DNA from: Phycisphaerae bacterium
GTDB taxonomy: Bacteria > Planctomycetota > Phycisphaerae > Sedimentisphaerales > Anaerobacaceae
Direction: 5' to 3'
Assembly (NCBI GenBank): GCA_011776225.1
Contig: JAABXR010000066.1
Coordinates: 1 to 53,577, forward strand
DNA: 53,577 nt
This document shows, in pieces, positions 46,678-53,577 of the stretch. Numbering within the stretch: the stretch's first letter is position 1; each line of letters begins with the position of its first letter. The notes under the pieces are model-generated. The model was not told the DNA's origin. It saw only the letters and a list, made by a program, of their open reading frames with translations, and did not search any database. The position numbers and the translations under genes were made by a program.

Positions 46678-47163
46678 ATTGGCCCACCGCAGCTGCGATA
46701 CACACTATTCTTGACTACTTATCAATTGTTACGACGTTTTACGGTCTTTTATTTAGAAATAGTTGGCCGGCCTTGGATAATTTGGCATCCGCTTTGTATC
46801 AGAGCGTGGTCATTTAGTCAAGATTTTATGGTTGTCCGGGAACTTCGATGGTTCAGGCTAATGTCGTGACTACATGGGGGCGCTTTATCATGTTTGTAGA
46901 TGGAGCCATTTTGTCTTCGCTGGAAGTTGTACATACACGGGTCCGAATTTTTATGAGGTGCTGAGTTGGCTGGCTTTTGGGATTAAATTGCAAAAATTTT
47001 TACGAAATTTGGAGTATTCTATTGACAAGTGTCGATAATGGTATAGAAAATGATGACTGCTGTGTGTAGTCACATGCAGGTGTTTTGAGTTGTTTTCGGG
47101 ATCCGTTTTGTTCGCCCTTAGTTTGCTGTAGGCCGAATATGGAAGCCCGCCAGGGATGGGACA

Positions 47164-47715
47164 ATGTCAAATCAGCCAAGGGTGGCGAAAGTTTTGGCAG
47201 CACTGCTGGTGTCAATGACAGTCGGTGCAGTGGTTTTAATGGCACTGGGTAATAATCCCCCCTCAGAAGGTGTGTTTTCTCTTTCAACCTATTATCTTAA
47301 AAATCTTGACTCTGTCGAAGAGGCCGTTCGCTCCAGTGCCTATCAGTCCGCCGGACGTTGGGACCGCGTTGAAATCTACTATAGCGGCACCAAAGGCGGC
47401 AATATTAAACAGTTAACATCTCTCAGTGGCTTGGCCGGTACAGAAGATATCAACTGCCATTTTGTCATCTGTAACGGCCTTGGCGCCGGCGACGGACAAA
47501 TACAGTCGACCGAGAAATGGAAGAGACAGTGGTCGATGATATCGGGCCGAACCTGGTACGGCAGCGGCAAAACTATAAGAATTTGTGTTATAGCTGACGG
47601 AAAAAGCGCTCTTCCGACTGATTCCCAGAGACAAATGACACGGGAACTCGTAAAAGAGCTTCGAAGAAGGTTTGAGATTCAGACCGATTCTGTCTATTAC
47701 CCCAACAATTGGTAA
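47164..47715 (+). CDS. membrane-anchored Amidase_2/PGRP-like domain protein, probably catalytically degenerate
   Basis: 183 aa with an N-terminal TM (VLAALLVSMTVGAVVLMAL). The core CHFVICNGLGAGDGQIQSTEKWKRQ...IRICVIADG...PTDSQ resembles planctomycete Amidase_2 proteins. IYYSG and VYYPNNW occupy the positions where I expect IHHS and V.GH. Confidence 0.5.
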   Translation: MSNQPRVAKVLAALLVSMTVGAVVLMALGNNPPSEGVFSLSTYYLKNLDSVEEAVRSSAYQSAGRWDRVEIYYSGTKGGNIKQLTSLSGLAGTEDINCHFVICNGLGAGDGQIQSTEKWKRQWSMISGRTWYGSGKTIRICVIADGKSALPTDSQRQMTRELVKELRRRFEIQTDSVYYPNNW

Positions 47716-47800
47716 TAATATTTCCGCTAATTCCAACTATGGAATAGGTAGTCATCTTCTCCGGTTTTTCTCAAAAAATCACAGAGATTGCGGCTTACGT

Positions 47801-48286
47801 TTATTTGTTATGCTTTATCACGCCCTCGATATCCAGCAGGCCGAAGTGTTCTTTCTCTGTTAGGACCACCCATGCCCGCCAATCTGTTTTGTGGATTCGC
47901 ACAGGCTCAATCGCCCTTACGTCATTCAGCCAGACCAAAAAACCAAACTTGCAGTCCCCCTTTTGTTGCCAGTATTCGTCACCACCCCCGATAAGATGGT
48001 TGTATTGCTGTTTTATTTCGATCATTTGTTCTGGTGTTAGGTTCTCAAAGTTTTTGACCGCCTCTACTGTGGCAATCCCACAAACCGGCCCGCTGCTTAT
48101 CTTCAGGAATAATTTGTCCCCGGGCGTGACCCCAACTAACGTATAAAACTTTGACTTGCTGAACCGCGATTCAACACGTTTTCGACCGTCCAGGATTGCA
48201 TCCAGATAAGGCTTTTTCAGGATAACAAGATGATACTTCACTCTGGCTTTTTCGTTAGAAAGAGGTTTATTTTCTTTTTTATCCAT
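47801..48286 (-). CDS. ASCH domain protein
   Basis: 161 aa. ILKKPYLDAILDGRKRVESRFSK is typical of the ASCH/PUA-like fold. Confidence 0.7.
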   Translation of the reverse strand: MDKKENKPLSNEKARVKYHLVILKKPYLDAILDGRKRVESRFSKSKFYTLVGVTPGDKLFLKISSGPVCGIATVEAVKNFENLTPEQMIEIKQQYNHLIGGGDEYWQQKGDCKFGFLVWLNDVRAIEPVRIHKTDWRAWVVLTEKEHFGLLDIEGVIKHNK

Positions 48287-48306
48287 CTAAACGTAGCAGT
48301 CCGCTT

Positions 48307-49107
48307 TTAGGATGGTAAATGTTCTACTTCATATTCGCCGTAGGAGTCAAGGATCTCGAATCCCAGTTTTTCATAACATCTGATCGCGCTCGTATTGTCT
48401 GTTTTGACGTTAAGTCCCACGTGGTCTATTTCGCGCAGTAACGACTTGCAGACTCCGGCGGTTACAGCCGTGCCGTATCCTTTACCTCTGTATTCCGGAT
48501 GTGTCGTGATGTTGCCCAGCGCTGCAACTCGGTACCGGCGGGAATACACGTGTACGCCTGCCACACTTATCAACTTGCTCGATTCACGAATGCCGTAGTA
48601 TTGATTTGTATCTAATAACCTTGGATCAAACCAGTTTTCGGGATAGGCCGCTTCAAACAAACTGACTATCTCGTCAAGGTCGGATATTGAAAGAGCGATT
48701 ACCTCGGAAGTATCGACGCGGCTTAGCAGATATTTCTTGGTCAGAGCCATTTTGTAGTGTTCGCCGTGCGATTTTAAAGAGTAATGCTTTCCCAGCGCCC
48801 CCTCCAGCCCTAAGCTCAAATGCGCATAAAAACGCTCGGGAAAGATGGGAATCAAAGATTGCAGAAGCTCTTCCATGTAATGTATATTTTCGCTTTCGGT
48901 AAGAGCATGGAGACAGGGCAGACTACCACTCATATAGACCAAAACAATGGCTTTAATCCCCTCTGTGTTGGTCAATGCGTACCAGTTTGTGTATGGCCGG
49001 AAGAAATCGTCAAGGTCTCCAAGGCTGTAGATGTTTAGAAATACATTCTTGCGAAGAAATGCTTCAATTTGGTTTTTATCATCTATATGGACCGTCTTCG
49101 TAGTCAT
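48307..49107 (-). CDS. GNAT family N-acetyltransferase
   Basis: 266 aa with an acetyl-CoA motif (VAALGNITTHPEYRGKGYGTAV) and C-terminal NTSAIRCYEKLGF. Confidence 0.8.
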   Translation of the reverse strand: MTTKTVHIDDKNQIEAFLRKNVFLNIYSLGDLDDFFRPYTNWYALTNTEGIKAIVLVYMSGSLPCLHALTESENIHYMEELLQSLIPIFPERFYAHLSLGLEGALGKHYSLKSHGEHYKMALTKKYLLSRVDTSEVIALSISDLDEIVSLFEAAYPENWFDPRLLDTNQYYGIRESSKLISVAGVHVYSRRYRVAALGNITTHPEYRGKGYGTAVTAGVCKSLLREIDHVGLNVKTDNTSAIRCYEKLGFEILDSYGEYEVEHLPS

Positions 49108-49976
49108 TTATTTTCCATCAGGTTGGCAACCGCGCGAATATGCTCGGGAGTTGTCCCGCAACAGCCGCCAACAAGGCTTGCGCCGGCATCCAGGCATTCG
49201 GCGATACCGGTCGCAAAATCTGCCGGTTCCATCTCGAATACAGTTTTATCACCGACTAATTTTGGTTTACCTGCGTTGGGTTGGGCCAGAATCGTTTTGT
49301 TCGTAGCTGATTTAAGTATCGCTACTACAACGGCCATCTGGGCCGGGTCGAGGTCGCCGCAATTGGCGCCGATTACATCTGCACCGGCATCAGTAAGACT
49401 TTTCGCGCAGTCCTCAGCCGAATTGCCCATAATTGTCCTGCCTCCTTTGGTTTCGGTCGCAAATGATATCGAGGCCATCACAGGAAGTGGGAAGTTGTCC
49501 TTGCAAGCGCAAACGGCACAAACGGCTTCGCGCAGGTCGAAGATGGTTTCGGCGAGAAATCCATCCACACCTGCTTCTGCCAGAACCTGGGCCTGTTCTT
49601 TGAATGCATCGTAAAATTGGGACTCGGTGTAATCACCGTATGGCTCCAGTAATTGACCTGTAGAGCTGATATTCCCCAGCACATATTGTTTGTTATCGGC
49701 TGCCTGTCTTGCCAACTTTGCGCCTGCCCTGTTTATTGCCCGTAAATCTATATCTAAATTGTGTGTCTCGATGTAGATACGGTTCATCGTCAGGGTGTTT
49801 GTGGTCAAAGCATCACAGCCGCTCTGTGCGTATTCTCGCTGGATTTCAAGAACAACCTTCGGGCTGTCAAGGTTATTGCTGGCCCGACCCATAAGGCCGC
49901 GCTTGTCCAGCTCGGTTCCTATTGCCCCATCGAGCACAATTTTCTTTTGACTTTCTAAGAACGATGAAAAATCCAT
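49104..49976 (-). CDS. homocysteine S-methyltransferase domain protein
   Basis: 290 aa with LDGAIGTEL, NTL and GGCCGTTPEHI (zinc-site Cys pair). It overlaps the GNAT start by 4 nt. Confidence 0.85.
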   Translation of the reverse strand: MDFSSFLESQKKIVLDGAIGTELDKRGLMGRASNNLDSPKVVLEIQREYAQSGCDALTTNTLTMNRIYIETHNLDIDLRAINRAGAKLARQAADNKQYVLGNISSTGQLLEPYGDYTESQFYDAFKEQAQVLAEAGVDGFLAETIFDLREAVCAVCACKDNFPLPVMASISFATETKGGRTIMGNSAEDCAKSLTDAGADVIGANCGDLDPAQMAVVVAILKSATNKTILAQPNAGKPKLVGDKTVFEMEPADFATGIAECLDAGASLVGGCCGTTPEHIRAVANLMENK

Positions 49977-50023
49977 AATAAATCCTTCGAAAAGGCTGTT
50001 TCTGCAGCTCTCCGGTTTTGTTT

Positions 50024-50632
50024 TTAAGCTATTTTGACACCAAGCCGGTTTAATTCATCGTTGACCTGTTCAATATTTTCAAAGAAGACCGTATTTATCC
50101 CGACTTCTTTTGCGCCATTTATGTACTCCGGATTATCATCTATAAGGATGGATTGCCTGGGTTGCGAGCCGAGTTTCTCCAAGGTTAGTTCATAGATTCT
50201 CCTGTCGGGTTTTTGTATACCCTCTGCGCAGGAAAAGACGAGCACATCAAACATATCGTATTGCTGCTGATGAAAATACTGCATAGCAGGCACTTCGGTA
50301 TTAGACAAGACTGCCGTCCTGTAGCCGTTTTCCTGTAGCGATGAAGCCATTGAAAACATACCATTTCTCGGCACATAAGCAGCTTCGAAGGCCTCAGCCC
50401 ACAACGAGGGAATATTCGGCTTCGGCGCATTTAGTTCGCTGCATACATTATCCCAGAATTCATCCTCGCAAACCGCTCCTTTTTGGAAGCCATTTGCGAA
50501 TTTGCTGTGTGCTTCAATGTAGGTTTCCCTGCCTACACGCAGTGCTGTGGCGCAGTACTGCATCAGGCCCGGATTAGGGTCATCTATCAGCACACCTCCC
50601 CAATCGAATATAATGGATTTTATTGTTTCCAT
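50024..50632 (-). CDS. HAD-superfamily hydrolase (subfamily IA)
   Basis: 202 aa with IIFDWGGVLID (motif I), LSNT (motif II) and IDDNPEY (motif IV). Confidence 0.8.
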   Translation of the reverse strand: METIKSIIFDWGGVLIDDPNPGLMQYCATALRVGRETYIEAHSKFANGFQKGAVCEDEFWDNVCSELNAPKPNIPSLWAEAFEAAYVPRNGMFSMASSLQENGYRTAVLSNTEVPAMQYFHQQQYDMFDVLVFSCAEGIQKPDRRIYELTLEKLGSQPRQSILIDDNPEYINGAKEVGINTVFFENIEQVNDELNRLGVKIA

Positions 50633-50919
50633 CGCAAATAGCTCTAACAGAGCCGTGTTTTTTATGTTGTTTCAAAACGATACAAAGCCTCAATCCGTAT
50701 ATCAAGGTTTATTTAAATTTGCTCAGTAATTGCTGTCGGTCTTTGACGAGCTATCCGGTAAAACATATAATCAAAATGGTTCGTCAAGGCCGCAGTAAAT
50801 ACTCGATTTGGTTGCGACAGAACTTCCCGGCTTAAATTAATAATCGGAAGCAATAAGATAAATCGAAACCGAGGTCGAACATTAAGAATAATTACACAAG
50901 AAGGCAGCTTCTAAAGGCG

Positions 50920-52389
50920 ATGGGCCTGGGAGCGGCAGCTATGGCGGTACCTTCATGCACAGGCTCAGCAAAGTCTATTTTTCACTCAGCATCAAAGAGA
51001 AAGCCCAACTTCATCATATTCTTCACCGATGATCAGGGCTATAATGACGTAGGCTGCTTCGGCTCGCCGCTTATCAAGACGCCCCGATTCGACCGAATGG
51101 CGTCCGAGGGCATGAAATTTACGAGTTTTTATGCCCAGCCCGTCTGCGGACCATCGCGAGCGGCACTGATGACCGGCTGCTATCCGATTCGCCTGGCCGA
51201 ACCTGGAAACAGAAAGAATCCTCATACGATTGTGCACCCGAAAGAGATTACCATCGCCGAAATACTAAAGGAAGCAGGCTACGCCACCGGCATTGTAGGC
51301 AAATGGCATCTCGCCGGGGGCCGCAAAAATAATTACAATCCGGATTTAATGCCGAACTCCCAGGGCTTCGACTATTTCTATGGTACACCTCTGCACAATG
51401 GATTCACACGTACGGTCAATCCCAGGAGCTTCAAGACACAGATTATGCGCAACAACAAAATCCTCGACGATTTCCTCAGCCAGGATGAGATGGACATGCT
51501 CACGCAGAATTACACGAAGGAGGCAATTAATTTCATCCGAGCGAACAGGGATAAGCCGTTCTTTCTTTACCTCTCCCATACGATGCCCCATGTTCCTTTA
51601 GGCGCATCTGAGAAATTCAGGGGTAAATCTGCTCGCGGGCTGTATGGTGATGTGATCCAGGAACTGGACTTCAGCCTTGGTCAAATCCTCGATACCCTCA
51701 AAGAATTGGAACTGGATGAGAATACGCTGGTAGTATTTACTTCGGACAATGGGCCCTGGATCGAGGATCATATTGGCGATTACGGAGGCAGCGCCGCTCC
51801 GCTTCGAGGCGCTAAGATGATGACCTGGGAGGGTGGCCTGCGAGAGCCTTGTATTATGCGCTGGCCCGGCACGATACCAACGGGACGTACCTGTGATGAG
51901 ATTGCAACGACTATGGATCTGCTGCCGACCTTTGCCAAACTGGCCGGGGCGAAGTTGCCCCGGGACCACAAGATAGATGGTTTTAATATCCTGCCGCTGA
52001 TGAAGGCCCGGCCTGGTGCCAAAAGCCAATATGAAGCGTTCTATTATTATGGATATACATACCTTCAGGCGGTCAGAAGCGGTAAATGGAAGCTTGTCCT
52101 TCGCCGACCCGCCAAACCGCCCTGGACTTCATGGTATGGCCGGATGATAGATGCGGTCGAGAAGACACAGTTGTATGATCTCGATGCGGATATCGAGGAG
52201 AAGCACGATGTTGCAGCCCAGTACCCGGACATCGTGGCCGGATTAATGAAATTAGTGGAAAAGGGACGCGAAGACCTCGGCGATTATGACAGGATAGGCA
52301 AAGGCGCTCGCTTTTTTGACGATGGCCCGAAAAGACCTGACACAAAAAAATGGATTAAAGCAAAGAAGCCGGTGGCCGTCAAAAAATAA
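50920..52389 (+). CDS. formylglycine-dependent sulfatase (arylsulfatase A family); true start probably upstream, near 50881
   Basis: FFTDDQGYNDVGCFG, CGPSRAALMTGC (CxPxR), GKWHLAG and FTSDNGP. The in-frame codons just upstream of the first ATG encode TRRQLLKA, a Tat motif. Confidence 0.85.
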   Translation: MGLGAAAMAVPSCTGSAKSIFHSASKRKPNFIIFFTDDQGYNDVGCFGSPLIKTPRFDRMASEGMKFTSFYAQPVCGPSRAALMTGCYPIRLAEPGNRKNPHTIVHPKEITIAEILKEAGYATGIVGKWHLAGGRKNNYNPDLMPNSQGFDYFYGTPLHNGFTRTVNPRSFKTQIMRNNKILDDFLSQDEMDMLTQNYTKEAINFIRANRDKPFFLYLSHTMPHVPLGASEKFRGKSARGLYGDVIQELDFSLGQILDTLKELELDENTLVVFTSDNGPWIEDHIGDYGGSAAPLRGAKMMTWEGGLREPCIMRWPGTIPTGRTCDEIATTMDLLPTFAKLAGAKLPRDHKIDGFNILPLMKARPGAKSQYEAFYYYGYTYLQAVRSGKWKLVLRRPAKPPWTSWYGRMIDAVEKTQLYDLDADIEEKHDVAAQYPDIVAGLMKLVEKGREDLGDYDRIGKGARFFDDGPKRPDTKKWIKAKKPVAVKK

Positions 52390-52494
52390 CACCTGCCGGC
52401 CTGTTTCATCACATGAATTTATCGGCAAGGCTGGAAACTTTGACGTCGGGGGCAGGAATGCTTATAATCAGCGGAGTTTTTGAGGATAAAAAAC

Positions 52495-53523
52495 ATGCAG
52501 ACAATCTTAGTTGCTTTTGGGGCCATTCTGGTCTTGTCCGTATTGGGACTGCTCGTCTGGCTGATAATAACCAGTTTCGCCGCCAGAAAGGAAGTTGCAG
52601 GCCAGAGCGCTGGTATCAACCTTCTCCAGCAGCAGCTCGAAGCGATAAAAGCCGCTCAGGATAAAACCTCCGAAAATCTCACAAAATCCCTGCAAACCGG
52701 CCAAAGCACGCTCACTCAGAGCCTGCAATCCAGCCAGAAGGTGCTTGGTGAGCTATACACCCAAATCGGCAATTTACAGGGCACGAACAAACAAATGCTC
52801 CAGGTTGGAACAGAAGTCAGGCGGCTCCAGGATATTCTCAGCTCTCCCAAAATACGCGGCCAAATGGGAGAGTGGTCGCTGGAGAACCTGCTCCGCCAGA
52901 TTTTGCCTAAAGATAGCTTCCAGCTACAGTACGCCTTCAAAGACGGCAAAATGGTCGATGCCTTGATAAAATTGGCTGAATACTCGGTGCCTGTAGATGC
53001 CAAGTTCCCGCTGCCCAGCTTTGAAAAAGTCGTAAAAGCTGAGACCGACGAGGAAAAAGGCAGACTTCGCAAGCAATTCCTCAAAGACGTGACCATCCAT
53101 ATAGATAAGATTGCCTCAAGCTATATCAGGCCCGCAGAGGGCACACTGGATTTTGCTCTCTGTTATATTCCCGCCGAGAACGTCTATTATGAAACCGTTG
53201 TCAAATACGCCGGTGAAACCCAGGACATATTACAGTATTCGCTCGACAAAAAGGTGATACCTGTATCACCGAATCTTTTATATGTATATCTAATGACGGT
53301 AGTCATGGGCCTTCACGGCCTGCAGATAGAAAAGCAGGCTGCCGAAATCCGACAGAACCTCAAAAAGCTCAATGCTTCTTTCGGTGACTTCGGCACACAT
53401 TGGGAAGTCCTCGGTAAACACTTGCGAAATGCGTATGGCCAGTACGAAGACGGCCAGAAAAAGCTTGACCGATTCGGCCTCCAACTTGACCAAATCCAGG
53501 GCGGAACGGAAGAAAGAACATAA
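52495..53523 (+). CDS. rmuC: DNA recombination protein RmuC
   Basis: The ATG at 52495 lies 8 nt after a GAGGA SD. The protein has an N-terminal TM, a long coiled coil, and the nuclease-like core DALIKL...VDAKFP...DFALCYIPAENVYYE. Confidence 0.8.
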   Translation: MQTILVAFGAILVLSVLGLLVWLIITSFAARKEVAGQSAGINLLQQQLEAIKAAQDKTSENLTKSLQTGQSTLTQSLQSSQKVLGELYTQIGNLQGTNKQMLQVGTEVRRLQDILSSPKIRGQMGEWSLENLLRQILPKDSFQLQYAFKDGKMVDALIKLAEYSVPVDAKFPLPSFEKVVKAETDEEKGRLRKQFLKDVTIHIDKIASSYIRPAEGTLDFALCYIPAENVYYETVVKYAGETQDILQYSLDKKVIPVSPNLLYVYLMTVVMGLHGLQIEKQAAEIRQNLKKLNASFGDFGTHWEVLGKHLRNAYGQYEDGQKKLDRFGLQLDQIQGGTEERT

Positions 53524-53577
53524 CAGGAAGTATAGAGCGAAATCCGAACTGTGAACAGGAAAATTGGTTGTGATCCA

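Noticed and set aside
47022-47049. TTGACA is followed by TATAGA/TAGAAA upstream of the Amidase_2-like gene.
   Set aside because: The spacer is 14 nt for the better -10 hexamer and 16 nt only for a poor one. This is ambiguous, so no promoter was called.
1-53577. I looked for CRISPR arrays, tRNA/rRNA/tmRNA/RNase P genes, IS elements, reverse transcriptases and known defence-system genes.
   Set aside because: By eye I saw no regularly spaced direct repeats, no cloverleaf-like or conserved RNA signatures in any intergenic gap, and no transposase, RT, Cas or nuclease-helicase type ORFs. A computational scan (tRNAscan-SE, Infernal, DefenseFinder/PADLOC) is still needed to be sure.

Overview
This 53.6-kb window reads as chromosomal DNA from a PVC-group bacterium. 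Taxonomy is inferred only from gene content: DUF1080 and DUF6807 modules, a sulfatase with a Tat-type leader, a PEP-CTERM-like anchor and DUF4954. I found about 50 protein-coding genes and recognised no rRNA, tRNA, CRISPR array or transposase. Most of the window is housekeeping or envelope and carbohydrate metabolism: purE, a purF-purM-purF-like cluster, nagB, a PfkB kinase, a sulfatase, a GT2-methyltransferase fusion, rmuC, Hsp20 and a parvulin PPIase. The stand-out is a 12.6-kb, single-strand, tightly packed phage-type virion operon (18058-30669). It runs portal, scaffold, DUF5309/HK97-type capsid, about ten unknown structural ORFs and a beta-helix tailspike-like protein. No terminase, integrase, replication or endolysin gene is in reach. 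Its left flank is a decayed glycosidase pseudogene. Its right end is a visibly lower-GC SAM-methyltransferase gene, convergent with a spore-photoproduct-lyase-like radical SAM gene. Other points worth a second look are listed below.
- A ParA-type ATPase is fused to a glycogen-binding CBM48 domain.
- A perfect sigma54 -24/-12 element sits in front of hsp20.
- A 1564-aa double BcrAD/BadFG ATPase-DUF2229 protein is translationally overlapped with a GHL-type glycosidase.
- A PurF paralog has Ser in place of the N-terminal nucleophile Cys.
- A sulfatase has a Tat motif upstream of the first ATG, with SD-ATT as the only plausible start.
- An Amidase_2-like protein appears to lack its zinc-binding histidines.
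All family assignments come from motif recognition by eye. No alignments or HMM searches were run.
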